A stretch of DNA of 64,000 nt. Source: Acidimicrobiia bacterium (lineage in GTDB: Bacteria > Actinomycetota > Acidimicrobiia > Spongiisociales > ZC4RG35). A program made the translations under genes and the position numbers. The notes beneath the pieces were generated by a model, which ran no database searches, was not told the origin of the DNA, and saw nothing but the letters and a program-made list of their open reading frames with translations. Positions 37,126-47,219 of the stretch are shown here, piece by piece (positions within the stretch are counted from its first letter, which is position 1; each line of letters opens with the position of its first letter). Where the stretch lies: NCBI GenBank assembly GCA_036396655.1, contig DASWKK010000098.1, forward strand, positions 14,592 to 78,591. Direction: 5' to 3'.

Positions 37126-39906
37126 TCAGTCACCCGCCAGAAGATCGAGCAACTGTTCGCCGTAGGCGTCGAGCTTGGCGGGGCCGATCCCGGGGACGCC
37201 GAGCAGAGCGGCCTCGCTCGAGGGTCGGATCGAGGCGATCGCCTCCAGCGTCCTGTCGTTGAACACGACATAGGCGGGAACTCCTTGTGACCGCGCTTGC
37301 TCCAGACGCCACTTCTTCAGTCGCTCTACGACCTCGGGGTCAGACGGATCGCCTTCACCTGGGGCGAGACGCCCTGAGTCGTTCGCCCGGCGCACCTTCT
37401 CGCCCCAAGGCACCGCCACTGTGGCGCCGGTCTCGACCACCTTGACGAGGACACCTGTCACCAGGATCTCGTCAACCGTGCCCCGATAACCGCCGCTGAG
37501 CACGATCTCCTCGCCGATGGATACAGACACGGCGTCCGACGGCGAGCGCGCTGCCCGACGATCACTCCGAGCCGGGCGCGGTTCGGCCAGCATTGGGGCG
37601 CTTCCATCGATCTCGTTGAGAAACCGGGACGGTCGCTCTGCGTCAGCCAGGATCGTCACCGATCGCCGCCCCCGGGTGATGGCAACGTGGAACACCCTGC
37701 GTTCCTCTTCGGTGTCGTCGGACAGCTCGTGTGGCATGGACCCCCGGTCGGCCCCAAACACCAAGACATGGTTCCACTCGAGGCCCTTGACCCGATGCAC
37801 TGTCGACAACGTCACGCCGTCGGGCGAACCGGGAGCACGCAGCCGCTCCCGAAGCCACGTCTCGAACTCCGATGGTGCCGGGCCGAGTGCCGCCACCCTG
37901 AGCAGTGCAGTCAGGTCGTCACCCTGAGCGGCGCGATCGGCCCGGGTACGTCCGGCGTCGAGTGCCGCCGCGGCGCGATCGAGCCCGATATGAGCAGCCA
38001 GCACTTCGACGAGATGAGCCGTGGAGTTGGTCGCCCTGGAGGCGATGAGTATGTCCTCGCAGAACTTGTTCCATCGGTCACTGCGACGACCCTCGAGGTC
38101 CCGGCCCAAGACGACCAGGTCATCCAATGAGAATGGGCCGCGACGACGTCCGATCATCTCCCCGAACAGCCTGGTGATCCCCCGACCAGGACGTCGGATT
38201 GCTTCGAAGAGGTCGTTGCGACTCATCGCTCCCGGTTCGACAGCAATCCGGATCCACGAGAGCGCCGCCCGAAGCAGGGTCCGTTCCAGGACGGCCATGG
38301 ACAGTGGGCTGTGGAATCTGATGTCGTGCATGGAAAGGGCGACGTGAGCGGGGAGAAGACCGGAGTTCACCCGGGACAGGACGGCGATGTCTGCCGGCTC
38401 GACTCCCGCTTCGACCAGGACCCCGATGCGCTCGACCGCAACCACGCCCAGCTCGACACCGGGGGCCAGAACCACTTGCAGACCATCTGTCTCCGAGTCG
38501 GCCCGGATCGTCTTGGCAACTCGTCGTTGGTTGTAGCCGAGCAGATTGGCGGTGGACTCGACGACGTCCACGGGGCACCGGTAGTTGACCTCGAGAGCGT
38601 GGACTTCTGCCCCCGGGAACAGTTCCTCGAACTCGATGAGAAAGGCCGGGTCGGCGCCGGCATAACCGTAGATCACCTGGTCGTCGTCACCGACCCCGAA
38701 CACGTTCATGCCGGGGGCGCTCACCAGCCGGATGAGCAACAGGTATGCCGGTGTCAAGTCCTGAAACTCATCAACCAACAGGTGCCGGCATTGAGATTGC
38801 CAGTGAGCTCGTAGGTCGGGATACCGGCACAGGGCTTCGATTGCCCCGTAAATCTGCTCGGCGTGATCCGCTTCGCCCTGATGCTCCAACACAGCCCGAT
38901 AGCGGCTGAAGGTTTCCACGAAGCGCGGAACGTCATCACGCTCGGCCTCGACCTCTTCGGGATCGCGCAGCCCGATGCGCACTTCGTCGAGCGCCTCCAG
39001 ATAGGGCCCGATCACATCGGTGTTGGCGCGAGGAGGGGCGGTTGCGATGGGCTCGAGCCTCCTTCGCTGCTCCCGGTCGTCGATCAACCTGAGGTGAGGC
39101 TTGACCATTCTCAGAATCTCCCAACCAAGCGAATGGATGGTCCGCACACTCAGGCCACTGTCAGTGGGAAGTCGTTCGACCATCTCGCGCGCCGCCCGTC
39201 GGTTGTAGGCAAGGGCGGTGATCAACTCTGGCTCGACCCCGCGATCCTCGATCAGGTGACGGGCCCGGGCGGTCAAGACACGGGTCTTGCCCGAACCGGC
39301 CGGGGCGATGACCCGGGCGGGGCCCACCAGATGTGACACGGCTTCGAGCTGGTCAGGGGCCAGATCGAAGGAGGGTGCCTTGAAACTCGGGATCGGGTCG
39401 GCGCGGCCCAGGTCGACTGTCTCGTGATGAATCACCATTCCCTCGATGTCGAGTGGCTGTCGAGGCCCACCATCGATCCACGCCGGCGTGCCCTCCGTTG
39501 TGACCACATCTGCCGGGGCACCGACGGTGACCGAGAGACGCGAGGCCGCCTTGTGTCCCCACCACCAGATCGGTGGTTGTGCTCTGGCGTCATAAGAGTT
39601 GTGCCAGACCGCCTTGATCAGCCGCTCACGGAGAAAGGTGAACCGCCCTCCCAATTCGTGAGGTGCAGCTTCTGTCGTCCCGGGCGTCGTCAGCTCCCCC
39701 GGTTCCACATCCAGCTCGTAAACGGTCGGGGTCCTGCGCACATACCGTCGCTGCAGGTCGGCGACTACCACGGCCAGACGCAATGGGTCGGACAGGAGCG
39801 CCACGTCGATCCGGATCCGATCAGCCCCCGCCCAAGCTGTCGGCGTGGGCGCTCCGGGACCCACCACCACGGAGCGACCGAGTTCGGAAGGGCCCGGTGC
39901 AGTCAC
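37126..39906 (-). CDS. UvrD/Rep/PcrA-type SF1 DNA helicase with N-terminal extension and C-terminal HRDC domain
   Basis: Walker A APAGSGKTRVLT, motif II LLVDEFQDLT, VHRVKGLEWNHV and FHVAITRGRRS. C-terminal VVFNDRTLEAIA...GIGPAKLDAYG. About 190 residues precede the helicase core. Confidence 0.9.
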   Translation of the reverse strand: MTAPGPSELGRSVVVGPGAPTPTAWAGADRIRIDVALLSDPLRLAVVVADLQRRYVRRTPTVYELDVEPGELTTPGTTEAAPHELGGRFTFLRERLIKAVWHNSYDARAQPPIWWWGHKAASRLSVTVGAPADVVTTEGTPAWIDGGPRQPLDIEGMVIHHETVDLGRADPIPSFKAPSFDLAPDQLEAVSHLVGPARVIAPAGSGKTRVLTARARHLIEDRGVEPELITALAYNRRAAREMVERLPTDSGLSVRTIHSLGWEILRMVKPHLRLIDDREQRRRLEPIATAPPRANTDVIGPYLEALDEVRIGLRDPEEVEAERDDVPRFVETFSRYRAVLEHQGEADHAEQIYGAIEALCRYPDLRAHWQSQCRHLLVDEFQDLTPAYLLLIRLVSAPGMNVFGVGDDDQVIYGYAGADPAFLIEFEELFPGAEVHALEVNYRCPVDVVESTANLLGYNQRRVAKTIRADSETDGLQVVLAPGVELGVVAVERIGVLVEAGVEPADIAVLSRVNSGLLPAHVALSMHDIRFHSPLSMAVLERTLLRAALSWIRIAVEPGAMSRNDLFEAIRRPGRGITRLFGEMIGRRRGPFSLDDLVVLGRDLEGRRSDRWNKFCEDILIASRATNSTAHLVEVLAAHIGLDRAAAALDAGRTRADRAAQGDDLTALLRVAALGPAPSEFETWLRERLRAPGSPDGVTLSTVHRVKGLEWNHVLVFGADRGSMPHELSDDTEEERRVFHVAITRGRRSVTILADAERPSRFLNEIDGSAPMLAEPRPARSDRRAARSPSDAVSVSIGEEIVLSGGYRGTVDEILVTGVLVKVVETGATVAVPWGEKVRRANDSGRLAPGEGDPSDPEVVERLKKWRLEQARSQGVPAYVVFNDRTLEAIASIRPSSEAALLGVPGIGPAKLDAYGEQLLDLLAGD

Positions 39907-39926
39907 ACCCTGAGGTTACGAGGGAG

Positions 39927-40108
39927 TGGTGACGGTTTCGATCTAGTGTCCTGTCCGGTGGATTCGCTTGCTATTTCGGCGAGCAGTTGTTGTTCCTGGC
40001 AAGGACGCAGGACGCAGGCGCACTGTTCCGTTCGTCAAGGACGAGGACGCTGCCAGGAGGGACAAGGGCCGTTGAAATACGAGCACGATCTGCCCGACAG
40101 GGCACCAG
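39927..40108. repeat. copy B of the two-copy hairpin-forming element
   Basis: See copy A. Ends about 20-35 nt from the helicase start codon (GTG 39906, minus strand). Confidence 0.8.
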
Positions 40109-40182
40109 CGCCGCACCGGGTTGCGACCGAGGGCCGGGATCAGGTCCGGACCGTGATGATCACCGCCCCGATCGAATAGGGC

Positions 40183-40255
40183 CATATCGCGCCCAAGGCG
40201 GCGCGATATGACGACATGGAGCCGGAGGTTGGGCTGGGAGGACCGGCTCCATGTC
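40183..40255 (-). terminator. two adjacent perfect hairpins (11-bp and 13-bp stems), possible factor-independent terminators or an attenuator
   Basis: CATATCGCGCC-N6-GGCGCGATATG at 40183-40210. GACATGGAGCCGG-N17-CCGGCTCCATGTC at 40213-40255. No U-tract follows. Confidence 0.3.
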
Positions 40256-40274
40256 CGGTGTGAATACCCCCAGG

Positions 40275-40367
40275 TCAGCTCATGTCGCGAACCGATGCCA
40301 GCGCTGGGGCGGCGGTGATCAAGGCGCTGATCACGGCAAGGACGACAACGATGAGACGACGACGCAT
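40275..40367 (-). CDS. 30-codon ORF encoding a signal-peptide-like sequence MRRRLIVVVLAVISALITAAPALASVRDMS
   Basis: GGGAGG 6 nt before ATG 40367. Below the ORF-track size cut-off. Canonical n-h-c signal regions ending in ALA. Confidence 0.35.
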   Translation of the reverse strand: MRRRLIVVVLAVISALITAAPALASVRDMS

Positions 40368-40470
40368 TTTGGACCTCCCTGAGCCCGACTGCAGTTTTCA
40401 CTGTCGACTATGAGGGAGGACTGTCTCGCAGCTGTCTCAGTCGGAAGGGCGGATCAGCCCTGACCTTCCG

Positions 40471-43400
40471 TCACGACGCCTGTTTTCTCTGTCCTCTGCT
40501 GCTCACCATGTGACCCTCCTCCCGCAGCGCCGCCAGATCTCGCCGCACCGTGGAGTCGCTCACCTCCAGGGCGGCAGCCACCTGCTCGATTGCGGGCACG
40601 GCACCCCGATCGTCGGCCTCCGCCAACAGCCGAAGCAACCGATGACGTCTCCGGTCGATCGGCGAGACGAATCTGGCATCCTCGGGATGGTCGATCGTCC
40701 ACACCACCCGACGGGTTTCGTCATCTCCGAGGGGGCGCCCGGTGGGAGCCTCGACCGCCGGTAGCCGAACCTCTACCGTCCGGGGCGCGATCAGAGTCGC
40801 CGCCGCAACGATCTCACGGTGCTCTGGCACCCTCACCATTGCTTCCGCCCGGTGCTCGGGCGACAACCCGGCCAGGGAGACCTCGAGCGAGCGGTGTGCC
40901 TCCGACAATGCCCGACGAGCCTCCTCTTCGTTCCCGGTTGCCCGAGCGGCGGCCGAGTGCCAGTGATAGACCAGATAGGGTCGCTCCACGCCTGGAGTGA
41001 GGTGCTCGACTGCCCGCCGAGTGAGGAGGTAGGCCTCTCCAGCGCGACCAATGGCGAGCAGAGTGGCGCCCCGGATCGCCATCAGCTCGACAGCCAGGTC
41101 GTCGAGCCCGACTTCTGCACACAGCCGATCCGCCCGATCCAGAGTGGCAAAGGCCGCCTCGTACTCTCCCAGAGCCAGGTGGAAACGGGCCAACGAGCGA
41201 AGATGCTGACCCTCGAGGGCCCGATCGCCGCTCCCAGCAAGGGCTTCGAGGCTCTCCTCCAACAACCCTCTCGCCTGGTCGGGTCGACCCCTGCGCATCG
41301 CTACACCGGCCTGAATCTCCATGCACTGGGCTTCACCGACCCGATCACCGATGTCCGCGAAGTGCTTCATCGCCCGCCCCGCATCGGCAAACGCCCGATC
41401 GTCGTCGCCGAGCAGGGTGTGCCTTGCCGAGGCAGCGTTGGCGAGCACCATCGCCTCGCCTCTCAGGTTGCCCAACTCGGCAAAGATCTCAGCGGCACGG
41501 TCGTATCCGGACAGAGAGTCGGCCACCCGGCCCAAGAGATGATGGAGATTGCTCAGGTTGACCAGGTTCACCCCCTCGCCGTGGCGGTATCCGATCCTGC
41601 GACACAGCTCGATGGCTCGCTGGTAGCCGACAACTGCCTGGTCCCGGTCTCCATCCTGACGCAGCGCACGGGCGTGGATCCCTGCCAGCTCCGCTTCGCC
41701 CCTCAGGTCGCCCAACTCGCGTATCAGTGCGAGAGCTTGATCGATTAGGGGCATCGCCTCCGCCGATCGCTGCACTTCGACCAGGGTGCTGCTCAGCTCG
41801 GTGAGGGCCTCGGCCCGCCGCCGCTGGTCCCCTGTCGCGGCCTCCACCGCCGCCTCGAGGTGAGGCACCGCATCCAACGGGCGCCCCGACCACCTGAGAG
41901 ATGTGCCCAACGCGACGAGGGAAGCGGCCAGGGCGGCTTGGTCCCCCCGTTTTCGCTCGACGCGAACTGATCGTCGAGCCGCCTCTTCAGCCCCGGTGAA
42001 GTCACCACTGTGGGCCAGCAGCCATGCGCTTCGCCGTTCGATGTCGCCCATCCGCTCCGGGCTGCTCCCGGTGAGCGGGGCCATCTCCTCGATCACCTCG
42101 CGCTGTTCCGAGCGCCGTCCTAGGACGCTCAGCACCGCTTCGAGGTGCGCCAACACCTGAAACTGGTCTTCCGGTGGCCAGGCCGCCTTGGCTGCCGCCA
42201 GCCGGGCGGCCTGCAGGTGGGTGCGGGCCGTGGCGTAAGCATTGAGCTCCTCGGCGCGGAGACCTGCTTTCTGCAGATAGGAAGCGGCGCGCTCGTGGAC
42301 CCCGCCCTCACGGAAGTGATGGCCGATCGCCTCGACGTCGTCGGGTGTGTTCTCGGCCAGTGTCTCGGCCAGTCGGCGGTGGAGTTGCCTTCTTCGCCCC
42401 CGTCCGATCCCCTCGTAGACCACCTGGCGCACCTGGTCGTGGGCCATGCGATAGCGGCCGTCGCCCTCGTCCCGAATGAGACCACGATGCAACAGCTCAT
42501 CGACTGCGTCGACCACCGAGCGTCTGTGCAGGTCAGAGCCAATGGCCAGCAGGTCGATGTCAACCGGGTCTCCGCACACCGCCGCCACCTCGTAAACGGC
42601 TGATACGTTGTCGGCGAGCAGCGACATCCGCGAGTCGATGACCGACCGCACTCGGGGTGCCACCGGAATCGCCTGGACAGCCAATTGGTGTTCGAGCACT
42701 TCTGCGAGGTCTTCACCCGTCTCGAACAGTCCTTGGTCCCGGAGGGCTAGGAGGGTCTCGAGAGCGAAGAGAGCGTTACCCCCGGTTCGGCGGTGGAGCA
42801 ATGAGGCAGCGGCCGGCTCCAGATGGCTCATCCCCAGGAACCGCTTGACCATGTCCCCCAGTTCGAAGACAGAGAGCGGGGAGAGCACGACTCGCCCCAG
42901 GCCGGCCGTGCGATCGAGGTCACGGAGGACGTCCCACACCTCAGGGTCGCCGCGAGCCTCTTCGCTTCGGTAGAGCAGTAGCAACAGGATCCGGGAGGCG
43001 GCCAGGCGCGGGCCGAGCTGGGTGAGGACGCCAAGAGTGTCCTCGTCCGCCCAATGCACGTCGTCGACGATCACCAGATGCGGTGCGATACGGCCCAGCG
43101 CTCCCAGGGTGTGCACCAGGGCCTCTTTCATGCGCGAGGATTCCTCCGCTGGTCGCAACGATGCGGAGATCGAAGCGGGGAGGACCTGTCTCCCGAGTGC
43201 CGGCGCCAGCCGCATGGCTTCGCTCAGCCACACCGGCGTCACCTGTTCGGACAGCTGCTCCGCGCGGAGTGGGCTCAGCGATTCGAGGACTTCGACCAGA
43301 GGGGCGAACGGCCGCAACGCACCCGAGGTGCAGCTCCCCCAACTCACTTCGAATCCGCGCCACTGTGCGTCTTCGGCTGCCTCGAGGGCTAGGCGGGTCT

Positions 43401-44328
43401 TCCCCACCCCAGGCTCGCCCTCGACCAGGACCACCCCGCCGGGCCCCGCCAATACACGCTCCAGATGGTCGACCATGCTGCGTCGCTCGTGCTCGCGTCC
43501 AACGAAAGGGGTGGTCGAGCGTCCGGCCACGGGCAATGCCCGATGCTCCCCGGGCAGGGGTCGGATCCCCGCGCCTCGATGTCGCACGATCTTCTCGTAG
43601 AGCTCGGACGTGGCTTCCGAAGGTTCGGCGCCCATCTCCTCGGCCAGGACCGAACGACACCGATCGAACTGCTGCACCGCATCGCTGATTCGCCCGAGCA
43701 GGAAGCACAGCCGCATCACTTCCTGATGGGCTTCCTCGGAGAGAGGGTCGTAATGGGTGAGACGGCGGGCGTAGCCCAGTGCCTCCTCGTAGGCCCCGTT
43801 GGCCTTGGTCACGTCGACGAGTCGACTGAGAGCGACCAGGTATCGCTGGCGATAATGGTCCTGGTCGACCACCACCCAATCGTCGAAGAAACCGGCCAGC
43901 AGGTCGCCTCGATAGAGGTCGACACAAGATCGCAAGGCGGCAGCGTCGAGATCGGCTGCAGCTACTGCCTCGCCCCGCGATGGCTGGGTCGCGTCGAAGA
44001 AACGGTCGAAGTCCTCCACATCGAGCCAATAGGGACTGCTCGTGTCGAAGGCGAGTGTGTCGGCTGTTACTACCAGATGTGACGACTGACCGTCGCTCAC
44101 CGCGTCCTGGATCTGCCACAGCGTGTGGGAGAGGCGACGCCGCGCTTTGCCGTCGGGTAGGTCGGGCCAGAACGAGCCGGCCAACAGGTCCCGCTGCAAC
44201 GGGTGCCCCCTCTGCATCACCAGGTAGGCAAAAAGTGAGCGTCCCGCCCGCGAGACGATTGGGGGCAGGGCGACACCGCCGCGCTCCAGGAAGAACCCGC
44301 CAAAGAGGTGAATGCGAAGCGCCTCCAT
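40471..44328 (-). CDS. SARP/BTAD - NB-ARC-type ATPase - TPR regulator with an extra C-terminal DeoR-like HTH
   Basis: N-terminal winged helix plus BTAD ([10 protein letters not shown]...[10 protein letters not shown]). Walker [27 protein letters not shown] long TPR-like region. C-terminus [21 protein letters not shown]. Confidence 0.9.
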   Translation of the reverse strand: MEALRIHLFGGFFLERGGVALPPIVSRAGRSLFAYLVMQRGHPLQRDLLAGSFWPDLPDGKARRRLSHTLWQIQDAVSDGQSSHLVVTADTLAFDTSSPYWLDVEDFDRFFDATQPSRGEAVAAADLDAAALRSCVDLYRGDLLAGFFDDWVVVDQDHYRQRYLVALSRLVDVTKANGAYEEALGYARRLTHYDPLSEEAHQEVMRLCFLLGRISDAVQQFDRCRSVLAEEMGAEPSEATSELYEKIVRHRGAGIRPLPGEHRALPVAGRSTTPFVGREHERRSMVDHLERVLAGPGGVVLVEGEPGVGKTRLALEAAEDAQWRGFEVSWGSCTSGALRPFAPLVEVLESLSPLRAEQLSEQVTPVWLSEAMRLAPALGRQVLPASISASLRPAEESSRMKEALVHTLGALGRIAPHLVIVDDVHWADEDTLGVLTQLGPRLAASRILLLLLYRSEEARGDPEVWDVLRDLDRTAGLGRVVLSPLSVFELGDMVKRFLGMSHLEPAAASLLHRRTGGNALFALETLLALRDQGLFETGEDLAEVLEHQLAVQAIPVAPRVRSVIDSRMSLLADNVSAVYEVAAVCGDPVDIDLLAIGSDLHRRSVVDAVDELLHRGLIRDEGDGRYRMAHDQVRQVVYEGIGRGRRRQLHRRLAETLAENTPDDVEAIGHHFREGGVHERAASYLQKAGLRAEELNAYATARTHLQAARLAAAKAAWPPEDQFQVLAHLEAVLSVLGRRSEQREVIEEMAPLTGSSPERMGDIERRSAWLLAHSGDFTGAEEAARRSVRVERKRGDQAALAASLVALGTSLRWSGRPLDAVPHLEAAVEAATGDQRRRAEALTELSSTLVEVQRSAEAMPLIDQALALIRELGDLRGEAELAGIHARALRQDGDRDQAVVGYQRAIELCRRIGYRHGEGVNLVNLSNLHHLLGRVADSLSGYDRAAEIFAELGNLRGEAMVLANAASARHTLLGDDDRAFADAGRAMKHFADIGDRVGEAQCMEIQAGVAMRRGRPDQARGLLEESLEALAGSGDRALEGQHLRSLARFHLALGEYEAAFATLDRADRLCAEVGLDDLAVELMAIRGATLLAIGRAGEAYLLTRRAVEHLTPGVERPYLVYHWHSAAARATGNEEEARRALSEAHRSLEVSLAGLSPEHRAEAMVRVPEHREIVAAATLIAPRTVEVRLPAVEAPTGRPLGDDETRRVVWTIDHPEDARFVSPIDRRRHRLLRLLAEADDRGAVPAIEQVAAALEVSDSTVRRDLAALREEGHMVSSRGQRKQAS

Positions 44329-44464
44329 ACCCCAACGCTACCCCGGATGTCGTCGTGAGTTCCGCCAGGCCCAACGGTCGTGGCTCAAAAGACCCTGGGG
44401 GCGACTTAGCCGTGGCGGGAAAGATGATTTACCGTCACCTTTCGTCGAGGAGGCGCTGAGCACA

Positions 44465-45610
44465 ATGCGGATAGGAATCCTTACTGGCGGCGGAGATGTC
44501 CCTGGACTGAATGCCTGTGTCAAGTCGGTGGTGACCAGAGTGGCCGAAGAGGGTCACGAGGTGGTCGGGATCCGCCGCGGCTGGGGTGGGCTCACTTCGA
44601 CCGACCCCGACGACCAACAAACTGTCGCCGAGAACCTGATCCCGCTCGACTCGCAGTACGTTCGAAAGATCGACCGCACCGGCGGCACCGTCCTCCACAC
44701 TTCCCGGACCAACCCGGCACGCATGAAGAAGGACGACATAGCTCCATTCGTTGCCGGCGATTTCTCGGGGCCAGGTCCCCACGATGTCACCCCACACGTC
44801 CTCGAGGTGCTGGAGAGAAACCACATCGACGTTCTCATCCCGATCGGTGGGGACGACACCCTCTCATATGGTCTCCGGCTCCACCAGGAAGGGGTGCCGG
44901 TCATCGCCATCCCCAAGACCATGGACAACGATGTCCACGGCACCGATTACTGCATCGGCTTCTCGACCGCCGTCTCCCGTGGCGTGCAGTTCATACACAG
45001 TCTTCGCACGGCCGCCGGCTCTCACGAGAGGATTGCAGTGATCGAGTTGTTCGGCAGGTACAGCGGCGAGACGTCGTTGATCACGGCTTATCTGGCTGGT
45101 GTCGACCGGGCCGTGATCTCAGAGGTCCCGTTCGACATCGACAAGCTGGCGGCCCTGCTCGTCAAGGATCGCGGCTCGAACCCTTCCGGGTACGCCATGG
45201 TCACCGTGTCTGAGGGGGTACAGATCGAAGGAGACATGGTGTTGTCCGGCGAGGCGGATGCCTACGGACATCGCAAGCTCGGCGGGGTCGGGATGCTGAT
45301 AGGTGAGCTGATCACCGAGAAGACCGGCCACGACATCCTCTACCAACAGATCGGTTACCTGATGAGATCAGGGGAACCGGATTCGTTGGACCTGATGGTC
45401 GCCACCAATTACGCGGTGACCGCTGCGGACCTCGCGATGGAAGGAAGTCATGGTCGGATGGTCGCTCTTCGCGGTGGCACCTACACCCATGTGCCGATCG
45501 GGGTCACCAGCGAAGGCGTGAAGCGGGTCGATGTCGACGAGCTCTACGACACCGAGGCATATCGACCCAAAGTCCGTCATGTCCTCGGCAAGCCGATGTT
45601 CCTCTACTGA
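44465..45610 (+). CDS. 6-phosphofructokinase, probably PPi-dependent
   Basis: [23 protein letters not shown] and [11 protein letters not shown] 44465 with GAGGAGG upstream. Confidence 0.9.
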   Translation: MRIGILTGGGDVPGLNACVKSVVTRVAEEGHEVVGIRRGWGGLTSTDPDDQQTVAENLIPLDSQYVRKIDRTGGTVLHTSRTNPARMKKDDIAPFVAGDFSGPGPHDVTPHVLEVLERNHIDVLIPIGGDDTLSYGLRLHQEGVPVIAIPKTMDNDVHGTDYCIGFSTAVSRGVQFIHSLRTAAGSHERIAVIELFGRYSGETSLITAYLAGVDRAVISEVPFDIDKLAALLVKDRGSNPSGYAMVTVSEGVQIEGDMVLSGEADAYGHRKLGGVGMLIGELITEKTGHDILYQQIGYLMRSGEPDSLDLMVATNYAVTAADLAMEGSHGRMVALRGGTYTHVPIGVTSEGVKRVDVDELYDTEAYRPKVRHVLGKPMFLY

Positions 45611-45641
45611 CGGCCGCGATCAGGCCCCCCAAACCTACGAA

Positions 45642-45660
45642 GGCGGGCCCCGAACCCGCC
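45642..45660. terminator. GC hairpin GGCGGG-N7-CCCGCC between convergent pfk and ligase genes
   Basis: Seen directly. No clear U-tract. Confidence 0.3.
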
Positions 45661-45683
45661 GGAAAACGGGAGGCTGAGCTTCG

Positions 45684-47195
45684 TTACTTGGTCAGGAAGC
45701 CGAGGACAGTGTCGATAGTGTCGGCCTCTTCCGCAGACTTGTCGTCGCGGAGGCGCTTGACCCGGGCGAAGCGAAGCGCGACGCCCTCTGGATAGCGGGT
45801 GCTGCGCTGCAAACCGTCGAAGGCGATCTCGTATACCACTTCGGGCTTGAGATGGACGACATGACCTTCCCGGTGGTCCTCGATGGCCAAGAACCGGGCG
45901 GTCTGCCACTCCAACATCTGGTCGGTGAGGCCCTTGAAAGTCTTTCCCAGCATCACATATCCCCCCCGCCCATCGCTAGCACCCAGATGGAGGTTCGACA
46001 GCCAGCCTTGTCTCCGCCCCGATCCCCACTCGGCGGCCAGGATCACCAGATCGAGTGTGTGAGTTGGCTTCACCTTCAGCCAGCCCGAACCGCGACGGCC
46101 GGCCTCATATGGTTGCCGCGGATCCTTGACGACCACCCCTTCAAAGCCGGCGGCAACGGCATCGTCGAAGAATCGCTCGGCAAGTGTCGGGTCGTCCGTG
46201 GTGAGCGACTCGACCAACGAGGCAGTTGGGACCGCCGAGGCGAGCGCGAGACGGCGTTCCCGGAGGGGAGCGTCGATGAGGTCGGAGCCATCGAGATGAA
46301 GACAGTCGAAAAAAAAGGAGCTGAGAGCGACTCCCCCCTCCGACTGGTCCGACCCGAAGCTGCTCATCGAGTCTTGGAACTGCTGTGGCGATCCTGTTGG
46401 GCCGATCAGGAGAACCTCGCCGTCGAGGATGAGCGCGTTGGCGGGAAAGCCGAGCACGGTCGCCACCACCTCGGGCAGCCCCTCGGTCACATCTCTCAGA
46501 TTCCGGGTGAACACCGCCACCCGATCACCTTCCCGATGAACCTGGATCCGGGCACCGTCGAGCTTTCGCTCGACGAGCGCCTCCCCCAACGCGGTCACCG
46601 CCTCGCCTGCGCTGGTGGCGGTCTTGGCCAGCATGGGCTGCACCGGTGTGAACAGGTTGATCCGGGAAAGACCCAACGAATCAGGCCCCTCGGCAAGTGC
46701 CCGGGAGGCCACCGCGACGAGATCGCCTTGCAGCATCGCCGCACGACGCACCCGGTCGGGATCGACGCCCACCGCGGCAGCTACGGCGTCGGCCATCACG
46801 CCTTCAAGTGCGCCCTGGCGGAGATTGCGCAGGATCAAACCCCGGAGGAAGTCCTGCTCGGCTTTGGTGGCTCGGGCCAGGAGCCCGCAGAGCAGCTCCT
46901 CACGACGTTGCTTGGAGCCTGCGCCCGAGGTGATGGACAGGCCTTCGAGGACAGAGTCGACTTCGAGGATCTCCAACCCGGGCTCGGCCGCGGGAGCGCA
47001 CTCCATCCCGTATACGGTGGCCCACCCCGCCCCGAGCCGCCCCTGCCGTGGCTTCCCGGTCAGATAGGAGACGGCAACGGGCGCCTCGACCGGGACGAGC
47101 CGTCGCAAGGTGTCGGCCAGCAGCTCGATCTTCTTCGACCTCGAGCGCGTCGAAGAGACGGATTGCGAGACGCTGACGAGATCGATCAGGAGCAC
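45684..47195 (-). CDS. ATP-dependent DNA ligase with N-terminal DNA-binding domain
   Basis: Adenylation motif ERKLDGARIQVH, EGVVVK, and OB-fold blocks WLKVK. Confidence 0.9.
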   Translation of the reverse strand: MLLIDLVSVSQSVSSTRSRSKKIELLADTLRRLVPVEAPVAVSYLTGKPRQGRLGAGWATVYGMECAPAAEPGLEILEVDSVLEGLSITSGAGSKQRREELLCGLLARATKAEQDFLRGLILRNLRQGALEGVMADAVAAAVGVDPDRVRRAAMLQGDLVAVASRALAEGPDSLGLSRINLFTPVQPMLAKTATSAGEAVTALGEALVERKLDGARIQVHREGDRVAVFTRNLRDVTEGLPEVVATVLGFPANALILDGEVLLIGPTGSPQQFQDSMSSFGSDQSEGGVALSSFFFDCLHLDGSDLIDAPLRERRLALASAVPTASLVESLTTDDPTLAERFFDDAVAAGFEGVVVKDPRQPYEAGRRGSGWLKVKPTHTLDLVILAAEWGSGRRQGWLSNLHLGASDGRGGYVMLGKTFKGLTDQMLEWQTARFLAIEDHREGHVVHLKPEVVYEIAFDGLQRSTRYPEGVALRFARVKRLRDDKSAEEADTIDTVLGFLTK

Positions 47196-47219
47196 GACGT
47201 CGAGAGTACGTTGCCCGGT

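Noticed and set aside
36416-44328. STAND ATPase plus helicase plus nuclease as an anti-phage defence island
   Set aside because: The STAND protein has a SARP/BTAD transcription-factor N-terminus rather than an effector domain. The helicase looks like a UvrD/PcrA-type repair enzyme with HRDC. There are no mobile-element or other defence genes nearby. It is kept only as something to run through DefenseFinder.
40819-44374. Several 130-477-aa ORFs in other frames and strands inside the SARP-STAND gene (for example 42941-44374 and 40819-41748)
   Set aside because: They are Arg/Pro/Gly-rich with no recognisable motifs. The 1285-aa frame has coherent domain order across the whole span.
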